Origin: Mobula hypostoma
Lineage: Eukaryota
NCBI RefSeq assembly: GCF_963921235.1
Contig: NC_086104.1
Location: 102,920,001 to 102,984,000, forward strand
Length of the DNA: 64,000 nucleotides
Direction of reading: 5' to 3'
The position numbers and the translations under genes are program-made. The notes under the pieces are model-generated. The model was given only the letters and a program-made list of their open reading frames with translations, did not search any database and was not told the DNA's origin. Positions 12,401-24,589 of the stretch are shown here, piece by piece (position 1 is the first letter of the stretch; each line of letters begins with the position of its first letter).

Positions 12401-13670
12401 GGCTGCCAGTGACTAGCGGTGTTCCTGAGGGGTCAGTATTGGGACTGCTACTTTTCATATTAACATAGAAACATAGAAAATAGGTGCAGGAGTAGGCCAT
12501 TCAGCCCTTCGAGCCTGCACCGCCATTTATTATGATCATGGCTGATCATCCAACTCAGAACCCCGCCCCAGCCTTCCCTCCATACACCCAGATCCCCGTA
12601 GCCACAAGGGCCATATCTAACTCCCTCTTAAATATAGCCAATGAACTGGCCTCAACTGTTTCCTGTGGCAGAGAATTCCACAGATTCACCACTCTCTGTG
12701 TGAAGAAGTTTTTCCTAATCTCTAATATTGTTTGTTAATGATTTAGATAATGGAATTGATGGCTTTGTAGCAAAGTTTGCAGATGATATGAAGAGAGGTG
12801 GACGGGTAGGTAGTGCTGAGGAAGCAATGTGATTTCAGCAGGACTTAGAGAAGCTGAAGGAAGAGGGAAAAATGTGGCAGATGGTATACAGTGTTGGGAA
12901 ATGTATGATACTGCATTTTGCTAAAAGGAACAAAAGTTCAGACTATTTAAATAGGGAGAAAATTCAAACATTAGACGTGCAGAAGGACTGAGGAGTCCTT
13001 GTGCAAGACTCTCAGAAGGTTAATTTACAGGTTAAGTCTATGGTAAAGAGGGCAAATGCAATGTTGGCATTTAATTCAAGGGGAGTGTAATATAAAAGCA
13101 AGAAGACAATGCTGAGGCTTTATAAGACACTAGTCAGGCCACATTTGGAGTATTTTTGGGCCCCATATCTCAGAAAGGATGTGTTGTCATTGGAGAGAAT
13201 CCAGAGAGAGGCTATGAGAATGATTCTGGGAATGAAGGGGTTAACCTATGAGGAGCATTTGGCAGCTTTGGGTCTGTACTCACTGGAATTTAGAAGAATG
13301 CGGGGAGATCTCATTGAAACCTACCGAATGTTGAAAGGATTAGATAAGGTGGATGTGGAGAGGATGCTTCCTATGGTGGGGGGTATCCGGAACTAGAGGG
13401 CACAGCCTCAAAGTTGAGGGGTGACCCATTGGAACAGAGGTAAGGAGGAATTTTTTAGCCAGAGAATAATAAATCTGTGGAGCGCTCTGCCACAAACTCC
13501 TGTGGACACCAAGTCGGTGGTTATATGTACAGTGAAAATTGATAGTTTCCTGATTCGTCAGACCTCAAAGGTAGGTGAACGGGGTTGAGTGAAATCCGGG
13601 ATCAGCCATGATAGAATGGCGGAGCAGACTTGATGGCCTAGATCTGCTCCTATGTCATATGGTCTTATGG
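9430..13670 (+). mobile_element. Near full-length decayed CR1 LINE: ORF1 (zinc finger/leucine zipper plus esterase) and ORF2 (APE endonuclease plus RT)
   Basis: CSGC..CTRC..LELQLDDLRL; GTND; LKVLYLN..IRNKVDEL; GKSCLTNQLEFFEEV; RPHLEY; many stops. Confidence 0.92.
12463..12723 (-). mobile_element. Young CR1 3' fragment nested in the older CR1
   Basis: Nearly identical to 59320-59575; (TTTCTATG)n tail; ATATT on both flanks. Confidence 0.88.
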
Positions 13671-14479
13671 ACTGGTGTGCAGTCTCCTCAAGAATCTCCT
13701 CCTCCACATTCAAGGATTGGTGGCATTCAGATGCTGTTAAACTGAAAGACACAGCAGAATTTTCGTGCTGTTGTGTTTGAGATACCCATACGCACATCTT
13801 TTGTCTTTTCTACAAAGGATGTCAACGAGTGAAGGAAAATGTTTCAGCTAAAATAATTTTGGTCTTCTAACCAGGCACAGTCAGGCATCTGAACACAATA
13901 TCAAATTCTCTGTCTTCCCTCCATAACAGAATGGTTCATTTCTGCCTTTCATCAGTCTGTGACTTGGTTAAGTTTGTCGCGCTCCATTAGTTTAGCTTCA
14001 CATTCTGGGCCTGTCCCACAGACTTACTAAGAACACATTGTATTTACACAGCTGTTTCTGGAGACTTTCTGATTATTGTGACCCTCCTGACATTTGATGG
14101 TGGTAAACTCAGAGTCAGCAATGCCATTCACCCTCAAGTGTAGGTGATGATGCTTTCTCGTTGGAGATTGACTCTGTGTGGTGTGAATGCCACTGGTCGC
14201 TTGTTACTCAGTACATCCTTATGAGAAAACAGAAAACAAACGTGGTCTCAGTGGCAGACAGTCAGAACCACAGGATGTTGAACAAAGTGATTTCCTAAAT
14301 GAGAAAAGGTGACACAATGATTTTGTCCACTGTCCATTCCTCTCCAGAGACGCTTCCTGACCCACTGAGTTCCCCGGTGTTTTGTGAGTGGCTGGAATAA
14401 GTGGGTTGATTTCACTGGAAGGAGATAACTTTTGGAATACCCTCAGGATCGGCTCTTGGCCACAGTTGTTGACCATGAG

Positions 14480-16190
14480 GAGGGAACGAGATGTGAGATG
14501 TCCAAGTCTGCTGATGACACAGAGACAGTGGAAGGAAATCTGATGATGACATTGTGATTCTGCATCAAGTGGTTCAGACAGCAGACGGCACTTTGGCCTT
14601 TACTGCACAGGGAGTGGAGTTTAGGAACGGGGCAGTGTAGCTACTGTTGTACACAGTGTTGGTGAGGACTCATCTGGAATTCTGTGCACGGTTTGTTCCC
14701 TGAGCTAAAAGAAATGATAAGAATAACATTGGAGTCAGTCCAGAGGAGATTCGCCGGCGAAATTCCTGGGATGATTTACCAGCAGAGGGGAGACAATTTG
14801 GGCCTGAATTTAGAGTATATTCACATGTGATATTAAGGGGGCCTGATAGGGTGTCTGTTGAGTATCTTGATAGGCCATCTCCCTTCATCAGTCAGAAAGT
14901 AATGGACAGGGCAAAGTTAGGGGATGCTCATTTCGTGTGGAGAAATATGGAATTTTCTGGAATTATATGTCTGAGTGAGCAATCTATGGGATTCTCTGAC
15001 CCTGAGGGTGTGGAGGCCATGTGGCTAGGTATATTTCAGGTGGGGATAGATAAAGGGCGTGAGGAACTAAGGGGTAGGGAAACAGACACTGGAGTTGTGA
15101 TCAGCACAGATCAGAGATAACCGTGTTAACTAACGAAAAGGCTTTAAGACATAGGAGCAGAATGAGGCCATTCAGCCCATCGAGTCTGCTCTGCCATTCC
15201 ATCATGGCTGATTGATTACCCCTTCAAACTCAATTCTACTGGATTCTCCTCATGAACATTCACACCCAGACCAATTAAGAACCTAGCAACCTCTGCTTTA
15301 AATATACCCTATGAGTTGGCATCCATAGCAGTTTGTGGCAATGAGTTAACAGATTCACTACCCTAAAGAAATTCCTTGTCATCACTGTTCTGAATGGGTG
15401 TCCCTTTAGTCTGAGGCTGTGTCCTCTGGTCTTAGACTCCCTTATTATTGGATACATCCTCTCCACATCCACTCTATCTTGGCCTTTCAATACTCGAGCA
15501 CCCCCTTTTGAGTCCCAGCATTATTGTCATGTACCTCCTCTAGACCCTCTCCAATGCCAGCACACCCTTTCATAGATAAGGGGCCCAAGCTGCTCACAAT
15601 ACTCTGTGCAGTCTGATCAGTGCCTTATAAAGCTTCAGCATTACAACCTTTCTTTTATATTCTAGTCCTCTCAGAATGAATGCTGGCATTACATTTGAGT
15701 CACTTTATGTACATGCAATAACTCCACATATTTTAGCAAATCTTATGTGTTTGTATTTATTGTGTTTTTATTGTTTCCATTATGCTTATTGTGTTTTTTA
15801 TGCTGCATTACATTCAGAATAACAATCTTTTCACTCTCTTTTACACTTGTGTACTGAAGACTGACAATAAACAATCTTGAATATTGAATGTACTGGATCT
15901 CTGAAACTGAAAGGTGACAATGCATTTGCTCTCCTTACTACCAACTCAATCTACAAATTAGCCAGTAGGGACTCCTGCACAAGGACTCCCAAGTCACTTT
16001 GCTCCTCTGATATTTGAATCTTCTCCCTGTTTAGAAAGTTGTCTATGCCTTTGTTCAATCTATGATATATCTTTGTTCAATGACCATGCTCTTCCCTACG
16101 CTATACAGCACCTGCCACTTCTTTGCCCATTCCCCCAATCTGTCTCAGTCCTTCTGCAGACACCCTGCTTCTTCAACATTATCTCCCCCT
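14480..16190. mobile_element. Old CR1 3' fragments (+ ~14480-15130; - ~15145-16190) with a Rex1/Babar-type 3' tail (-, ~15720-15880)
   Basis: DRVDVERMYPIIRESKTRGHSLRLKG..RNFFRVVNL; tail with gacaataaa. Confidence 0.7.
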
Positions 16191-17099
16191 CCACCTAGGA
16201 GGAGGAGACCGTTGGGAGAGGTGGATGGTGGGAGGGGAGGGTGAGTTGGTGAATGAGAAGAGGGAGATGGACAAGGGACGGGGTGGATACAACACTGTGT
16301 CACCATCACTGAGCTGGGTTCAGCCAGCATCTGGCCCCTCAGCCTGAGCCTGGACTTACGCAGACAGATGTGACAGATGTCGTTGTGGGAGATGGTGGTG
16401 TAAGGAGAAAGTTAAATGTGATTCTACCTTGGTATTTGCTAAGGTACAGTGGAAGTCTGTCAGACAAAATGGTGTTAGCTTAGAGTGGGACTGTTTTGAG
16501 AAAGTACAAGAGAAGCAGCTCACAGCAATGTTTGAGAAAGTTAAGGGAATACAAGTCTATCACCATAACAGTGGAAAATGGTGGAAAACATGTTTTGCTG
16601 GGGAAGGCGAGGTCATTGTGCAGAGACAGGTAACAAATGCATGGAAACATACAACTGAAGGGGATTTTGAAGGGTTTAAAAGGGACACGTTCCTGGTGTA
16701 AGGAGAGAAAGTTTTGTCCCAGGCTGGTCACAGCTGGTGATGGGTGCTGATAGAGGGAACAGTATGTCAAGGAGAATCAGAGCATGTCGAAATGGAGTTA
16801 GACTTCAGAAGAGAGAGAGAGGAGGGACTGTGTAGAAGTCTGTCAGCATTCCACACGTCAGCTCACTTAGAGGATGACAAATACTATTTTGATTTTTGTA
16901 CTGCTACTACTTACTGCTCTAGAGATTTGTTTTTTCTTTTGTATTGCATTTGTGCTAGTTCTAATAAAGTATTTTCTTGTGGCCTTAAACATGTGTGTTG
17001 TCTCCTTTTGTTTGTGAATACATATGCAAATTCCTTGAGATGAACCAGGAAAGAACACAGAACAAATGTTAAAATAACTTTTGTTTACAGGCAGTAGGA

Positions 17100-18075
17100 A
17101 GAATCACATTGCAGTCACTCCTCATTCTCCTGCCCTCCAGGGAATAAAGAGACAGAGTGACCAACCTCTCCCTATAACTGAGGCTCTCCAGTCGTGCGAT
17201 CATCCTCATAAATCTCCTCTGCACGCCTCCAGCTTGGCAATGTCTTCCCGACAACAGGATGACCAACACTGCACACAATATTCCAAGAGTGGACTCAACA
17301 ATAACTGATATAACTACAACATAATGCCCCTGCTCCTAAACTCGATGCCCTGACTGACGAAGGCCAGCATGCTAAAAACTGCTTTCACCACTCTGTCTAC
17401 TTGTGCTGTCACCTTCAGTGAACTGTGCACTTGTGGACCCAGCTCCCTCTTCCTCAACACTCGTCAGTGCCTTGTCATTCATTGTGTGGGCCATACCCTG
17501 GTCTGACTGTACAAAATATGTCATCTCACACTGATCTCCTGACCCCACTTGGAGTACTGTGTTCAATTCTGGTCACTTCACTACAGGAAGGATGTGGATA
17601 CTATAGAGAGAGCGCAGAGGAGATTTATAAGAATTTTGCCTGCATTGGAGGGTGTGCCTTATGAGAATAGATTGAGTGAACTTGGCCTTTTCTTCTTTGA
17701 GCGATGGAGGATGAAAGTGACCTGATAGAGGTGTAGAAGATGATGAGAGGCATTGATCACATGGATAGCCAGAGGCTTTTTCCCAGGGCTGAAATGGCTA
17801 ACATGAGAGGGCATAGTTTTAAGGTGCTTGGAAGTAGATACAAAGGGGATGTCAGAGGTAAGTTTTTCACATATAGAGAGTGGTGGGTGTGTGGAATGCA
17901 CTGTCAGCAGCGGTGATGGAGGCAGATATATTAGGGTCTTCTAAGCATCTCTTAGATAGGTACATGGAGGGCTATGCGGTAGGGAAATTCTAAGCAGTAT
18001 CCAGAGTAGGTTACATGGTCGGCACAACATTGTGGGCCGAAGGGCCTGTAACGTGCTGAAGATTTCCGTGGTCTA
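17100..18075. mobile_element. CR1 3' fragments (- ~17100-17530; + ~17540-18075)
   Basis: VQRRFMRMIARLESLSYRERL; PHLEYCVQFWS; CR1 3' UTR. Confidence 0.8.
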
Positions 18076-18194
18076 TGTAATCCATACACAATCCAAATCA
18101 TATAATCTGATGCTAACTCTTGAATTCCATTTAATCCAATGCAATTTCCCAAGTCCTCATTTCATTCCAATATGTTTCCCCAAATCGCTCCAGA

Positions 18195-18345
18195 CCATCA
18201 CATCACACGCTCCCTGGGACGTGGTCAAACACAGGAATCCCTCCACACATTGTCCCATAAAACACTCTTAGGGACAGGGTCAGACACTAAAATCTCTCCA
18301 CACACCATCCCATAACAGACTCCCGGGACAGGGTCAATCATGGGC
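18195..18345. repeat. Degenerate ~60-bp minisatellite, ~2.5 copies
   Basis: Repeated ctccacaca..tcccataa..actc..gggacagggtca unit. Confidence 0.6.
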
Positions 18346-18408
18346 TGAGCCCTGCGGCGTGAAAGGGAGAAGCTAAAATCGGATGTACTGATCGCGGAGT
18401 AAAGGTAA

Positions 18409-18755
18409 TTTGGGTAGCCAGGTGGAGATATACCAAAGGTGCTCCTTCCCCCTGCTAGCCTGCAGGCAACCCTCAGGCAAGGGGCAGTGCCTGCTGAGCC
18501 CTTTCATCAGGGTCATGTGGTGGATGCTCATATGAGTGGCTGGTGAATATCACAAGTGCTGGTTTGTGATCACTGATGCCAGGCAATCTCCGAAGGGTAC
18601 TGATAATGACTGGGGTCACCCGACTTGTAAAGTCACTGCCCAGAAGAAGGCAGTGGCAAAGCACTTCTGTAGAAAAATTTGCCAAGAACCATCATAGTGA
18701 TGGAGACCTTGATCACCCACGTCATACAACTTGGCACATAATGATGATGATGATG
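18409..18755 (+). mobile_element. RTE-related SINE-like element with (ATG)n tail, inserted in a CR1 ORF2 fragment (~18360-19220)
   Basis: 8-bp TSD AAAGGTAA (18401-18408 and 18756-18763); agaaggcagtggcaaagcacttctg..ttgccaagaa resembles the RTE/Bov-A-type segment. Confidence 0.7.
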
Positions 18756-19224
18756 AAAGGTAACTACAGGGGCATGAAAGAGGAGCTGGCAACGTGGATT
18801 GGAAGGGGACATCAGCTGGGAAGATGGTAGAGCACCAACCGCTGGAGTTTCTGAGAGTAATTCTGAAGACACAGGATTGGTTCATCTCAAAGAAGAAGTT
18901 TTTGAAGGGAAGTTGAGGCAACCATAGCCGACAAAGGAAGTTATAAAGCAACAAGCCAAAGGAGAGGGCAGGTATAGAATATAGCTAAAAATTGTGGGAA
19001 GCTAAAGGATTGGGAAGTTTTTGAAAACCAACAGAAGGTACCAAAAAAAGCAATGAGAGATGAGATGAAATTTGAAGATAACCAAGCCAGTAATATAAAA
19101 GAGGATACCAATTTAAAGAGAGGTAAGAGTAGCTGGAAAATGGTGCTGGTGCTGAGGAATGGCAGATGAACTGAATAAAGTATTTTGCATCAATCCTCAT
19201 TGTGGAAAACACCAGCAGTGTCAT

Positions 19225-19680
19225 CCAATGCCCATACTTTGGAAAGTCTGATCGCCTGGCTGTACTTTTACTCCCTGAGTATAGGCAGAGACTGAAGACT
19301 ACACCACCAGTAGTGAGAACCAAGAAGGTATGGCCAAGGGAGGCACAGGAGCGTTTACAGGACTGCTTTGAGTCAGTCGACTGGACTGTATTCAGGGATT
19401 CCTCTTTGATTCTGAATGACCACGCCACAGTTGCCACTGACTTTATTAAAACTTGTGTGGATGCATAAGTGACTATGAGAACATACTGTAAATCCCAAAT
19501 CAAAAGTTGGAGATGAACCTGGAGATTGATAGTCTAATGAGGACTAGATGTGTGGCATTCAAGTCTGGTGATCCAGGACTACACAAAATGGCCAGTTACA
19601 AATGATGGTGGGCTATCTCAAGAGAAAAGGAACAAATCCAAATGAGGCTGGAGGTGGAATCGTAGGGGAGGGGTCTTGCC
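19225..19680 (+). mobile_element. Rex1/Babar LINE fragment (endonuclease-RT linker)
   Basis: FGKSDRLAVLLLPEYRQRLK...LQDCFESVDWTVF. Confidence 0.8.
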
Positions 19681-20740
19681 AAAGATGACAAGGGGTATGT
19701 GGGGATATAGGGCATCTTGAGTTGGAGAGGAGGGGAGACTGTGTAAAAGGGCATTTGTGGTTTCCTAGAGACAGGTGTGTGAGGGGGGACAGGGGGCATT
19801 CCAGAAATGGGGTGTGGAAGGGTATCCCAGAGACTGGAGGAGGAGGGGGTGGGTCCAGAGACAGAATAGGGGTGAGAGGAGGAGAGATGGTGCATCCCAC
19901 TGTGCATGGGAGGGGCTTCCTCGGAGGTGAGGGAAGAGCTTGAGTCCCAGACATGGGGCATCACGGAGATGGAGAGGGGGGCCATTCCAGAGACTGGCAC
20001 TGAGGTCATCTCTGTGACGAGATGGGGGACATGAGGATATGGGTTGACCAGAGATGGATGATGGAGAAGGGCAGGAGAAAGGGAGTGTCCCAAAGTTGGA
20101 GAAGAGGGAGCAACTCAAATTGGAGGGTAGGGTGGATAAGAAGGGGGAAGAGACAGTGTGAGAGATGGGGCAGGGTGGAAGTGGAGGAAGGGACATCCCA
20201 GAGATGGGGGGAACGGTAAGTGGGTGACCAAGAGATGGGGCTGAGGGAGATGAGGAAGGGGTGACCCAGAGACACAGGTGAGTGGAAATTTAGAACGGGT
20301 TTAGGGGTGACCCAGTGATGGAAGCGGTGGAGATTGGGGAAAGTAGGTGACCTAGAGATGGAGGGGTGGGGAAGGGAATGGGGGAGGCCAAGAATGAGCA
20401 GAGACTGGTTGACCAATAGACGGGGGAGTGCAGAAGAGAGTGACCAAATGAAGGAAAGAGGAGGTAAATGGTGAGGTATGTTGGAGAGATAGGGGACGTA
20501 CAGAGGCAGGGTGTGGGGGGTGGGGGGGAGCTGAGGGAGATGTCCCAGAGATGCAGGGGGGAGGAAAGTGAGCAGCCTACTGAAGGGACAGGGGAGCTGG
20601 GTGTGGAGGGACTCAAAGACTAGTGAGAGGGATGACCTAGTGCCAAAGGGAAGGGAACATCCCTGAGGTGGGCAAGCGGTGAGATGAGTGTGGGAGAAGG
20701 AATAGGGAGACCTAGAGAGTGGGTGATGAGGGGTCTCCGC
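19680..20740 (+). repeat. ~1-kb purine/G-rich degenerate repeat
   Basis: Recurrent gtcccagaga(t/c)gg units among G/A runs; strong strand asymmetry. Confidence 0.7.
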
Positions 20741-21234
20741 CTGACACGTCGACAGTTTAATCTGAGGTCCTCAGCACGTTGTGTGTAAAACGTGTGTAGT
20801 TTTGCTGGTTATTATGACCTGTAAGAATGTACCAAGATAAGTATTTTATGTTTGCAGATAAGGAATTGGAAGCTGCACAGATTTCATTGGTCAATATCCA
20901 TATAAAATTGACAATTCTGAGTGAAGTTTCGGAGCAGTTTGATGACAGGGGCTGAACTGTTGCCCTTGGGCACAAGGATATCATGTTTGAAGGAAGAACG
21001 AGTGCAAGTTGTCAGAGACCAGTTGATCAGTGACGTCACTTCTTCATCCAGAGTGGTGACCATTCGGAACCCGTCTCCACAGGGGCAGCCGGAGGTGAGC
21101 AGCAGGGATGGATTTCAGGGGAAGCTGAGGGAACAGAGAGAGAGAAAAGAACATTGCTACACGGTGATGGGAGGAGACAGAACTGAAACACAGGCCGGCA
21201 CCAGAGGAGTGGAATGGCCTCTCTGCTGGGAAGT

Positions 21235-22380
21235 AAAGGCAGGTGAGGAGAGGTAAAAGGTCAGAGTGGGGAATAGAGGAAGGGAGAGTAGATGTTTATT
21301 TTCACCAAAGGAGAAATCAGTATTGATGCTATCAGGTTGGAGGCCACCCAGACCGAATATAAAGTGTCACTCCTCCACCCTGAGGGTGGCCTCATCATGG
21401 CACAAGAGGAGGCCACGGACCATCATGTTGGAATGGGAATTTAAATGTTTGGCCATCGGGAAGTTCAGCTTTTGGCAGTTGGAGTGGAGGTTCTCAATGA
21501 AGCGCCCCCCCCCCCCCCCACAATTTACAACGGATCTTACCAATGTAGAGGAGGTCACATCGGGAGCATGGGACACAATAGAAGCTCCCAGCAGATTTTC
21601 AGGTGAGGTGTTGCCTCACCTGAAAGGACTGTTGCGAACCCTGAAAGGACGCAAGTGAGGGAGGAGGAGAACGGGCAAGTGTAGCATTTTGGATACTGCA
21701 GGGATAAGTGCTGGGAGGGAGATCAATGGGGAGGGATGAATGGACAAGGGAGTCACAGAGGCAGCAATCCCTACAGAAACAAGCGGGTGGGGGTGGGAAT
21801 GGTGGGTAAAGACATGTTTGGTGGCAGGATCTCTTTGGAGATGCAGAAGTTGTGCATGATGATGTATCGGATGTGGAGGCTCATGGGGTGGTAGGTTAGA
21901 GCAAGAGGAACCATATCACTGTTAAGGCAACGGGAAGATGGCATGAATGCAGATGTTCAGAAAATGGAGGAGATGCAGGTGAGGGAAGCATCAACAGTGG
22001 AGGGAAGGATACCCAGTTCTTTGAAGAAGGAAGACCCCTCTGATGTTCTGGAAAGGAAAGCTGCATTCTGGGAACAGATGTGGTGGAGGCAAAGGAACTG
22101 AGAAAAGGAAATACCACTTTGACAGGAGACTGGGTGGGAAGGGGTATGGTCAAGATAAATGTGGGATTGGGTAGGTGTATAAAAGATGTCGGTTGACAAT
22201 CTGTCTCCATAGATAGAGATAGAGAGATTGAGGAAGGGGAGAGAGGTGTCTGAAATAGACCAAATTAAATTATGGTCACGGTGGAAGTAGAGGCAAAGTT
22301 GATGAAATTGACCAGTTCAGTTCAGCTGTGCGAAGCAGCACCAATGCAGTCGATAATGAAATAGAGGAGGGGCTGGGTAC
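21235..22380 (-). mobile_element. Decayed Penelope-like element (RT C-terminus plus GIY-YIG)
   Basis: STDIFYTPTQSHIYLDH..FSQFLCLHHICSQ; HDEATLRVEE. Confidence 0.85.
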
Positions 22381-22929
22381 ATCTTCAATGGGGCATGGTG
22401 TGAAACCAAAGAGGGGCCTCCACAAGTCAGGGTTTTGGGGTTCCAGGAATTGGTGGGGGCTACAGTTTACAAGGAGGAGGAGGAGGGAATCAGACCAGGA
22501 GTATGTGGCTACAAATGAAAGATCAGCAACATTTCAAAAATGATTGACTGAAAAAAAATTGTTTATTTCTGCAAAATGCTGGAGGAACCCATAAGGTCAA
22601 GCAGCATCTATGGAGAGGAATAAACAGTCAGCATTTCTGGCCAAGACCCATCAGCATGCCTAGACAGTTTTCTCTTCTGCTTAGATGCTGCCTGATGTGT
22701 TGTGCTCCTTCAGCACTTTGTGTGTGTTGCTCTATATTTCCAGAATCTCCAGAATCTGTGTTTTATATCTGTATTTGCAATCGAGTTGGACTTTGACATT
22801 TGACATACGGAATGCCTGTTGATATTGAGAACATTATTTATGGGAGTTGGCTGCAGTAAAGTAGCAGCTGTGTTTGCTACATAAAAACACTGAGGCATCT
22901 GGCACGGAATTAATAGTTGCAAACACTTT

Positions 22930-24300
22930 GCACTTAAATATACTGTGATGAAGTACTTTGAGAGGTTGGTTATGACTGGAATCTATCCCTGTCTCAGCAG
23001 TTTGCCTGTTGCACAGTAGGTCTAAGGTGGACGGGATCTCATTGGCTCAACATGCGGCCTTGGATCACCTGGACAATCCAAATACCTATGTCAAGATGCT
23101 GTTTATTGACTACAGCTCAGCATTTAACACCATCATTCCGACAGTTCTAATCAAAAAGCACCATAACCTGGGCCTCTGTACCTTCCTCTACAATTGGATC
23201 CTCGACTTCCTCACTGGAAGACCACAATCTGTGCAGATTGGTGATAATATCTCCTCCTCACTGACAATCAACACTGGCACTCCTCAGGGATGTGTGCTTA
23301 GCCCACTACTCTACTCTCTCTACACCCATGACTGTGTGGCTAGGTGCAGCTCAAATGCCATCTATAAATTTGCTGACGATACAAATATTGTTGGAAGAAT
23401 CTCAGAAGGTGACAAGAAGGTGTACGGGAGCGAGATATTCCAGCTAGTTGAATGGTGTCACAGTAACAACCTTGTACTCAATGACAGTAAGACCAAACTG
23501 ATTGTGGACATCCGGAAGGGTAAGACAGGGGAACACACAGAAATCCTCATAGAGAGATCAGAAGTGGAGAGAGTGAGCAACTTCAAGTTCCTGGGTATCA
23601 ATATCTTTGAAGTTTAATGCTTCAGCCACAAAGTAGGCACCACAGTGGCTACATTTCATTTAGAGTTTGAGGAGATTTGGTTTGTCAACTAAAATACTGC
23701 AAATTTCTACAGATGTACCGTGGAGAACATTCGAAGTGGCTGCATCATCGTCTGGTATGGTGGGGGGGAAAGGGTGTGGCGGGAGCCACTGCACAGGATC
23801 GAAGTAAGCTGCAGAAAGTTGTAAAATTAGTCAGCTCCGTCGTGGCCACTAACTTCCGTAGTATCCAGGGGTGTGGGCGTGACTGCATACGATCGAAGTG
23901 GGCTGCAGAAAGGAGTAAAATTAGTCAACTCATGGGCACTGGCCGCCGCAGATCCAGAACATCTTCAAAGAGCCATACCTCAAAAAGGTAGCGTCCATCA
24001 TTAAGGGCCCCCATCACCCAGGGCATCCCCTCTTCTCACTGCCACCATCGGAAAGGATGTACAGGAGCCCGAAGGCACACACTCAACTTCTTCCCCTCTG
24101 CCATCCAATTCCTGAATGAACATTACCTCATTACTTATTTCTATTTCTTCACGACTTATTAATTTAACTATTACATATATATAATATACACATATACATA
24201 GAGTAATTCACAGTTATCTTTTGTGTATTGTGTTGTACTGCTGCCGCAATGTTAACAAATTCCACAGTATCTGTCGGTGACATTAAACCTGATTCTGATT
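22930..24300 (+). mobile_element. Rex1/Babar LINE 3' portion (RT)
   Basis: [41 protein letters not shown]; tail cattaaacctgattctgatt. Confidence 0.9.
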
Positions 24301-24319
24301 GGCAGCTTGTCTACCCAGA

Positions 24320-24480
24320 GGTCTCCGCGCTCCAGAATCCGCCGCCTGTGACCCGGCGATTAAATGCGCATGCGTATAAGTCACAGCTGGTTTCCGAACA
24401 TCGCGCATGCGCTCAGTGGACAAAAGGCTCTGGCGGAGGGAGCGCCGGTAGGATCGGGCAGCGGAGTTAATAAATGTTTT
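24320..24480 (+). promoter_or_regulatory. Putative ZNF-type promoter in inverted orientation, two NRF1-type sites
   Basis: TGCGCATGCGT (~24365) and CGCGCATGCGC (~24402); reverse complement of 44390-44540. Confidence 0.6.
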
Positions 24481-24589
24481 GGGCGGATAATTAGGGAATA
24501 TTTGCGAGATGTGGTCTTGGGGATTTACGGATTAGCGCAACTGTGACCTAGCCTGGAGCTCCCGTGGAAATTTCCAGAAGGGGGAATAG

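Noticed and set aside
16330-17000. Possible L1/Tx1 3' fragment (C..C...FAKVQWK)
   Set aside because: Too degenerate to support by eye.
19596-20616. Pro/Ser-rich minus-strand ORFs
   Set aside because: Artefacts of the low-complexity purine tract.
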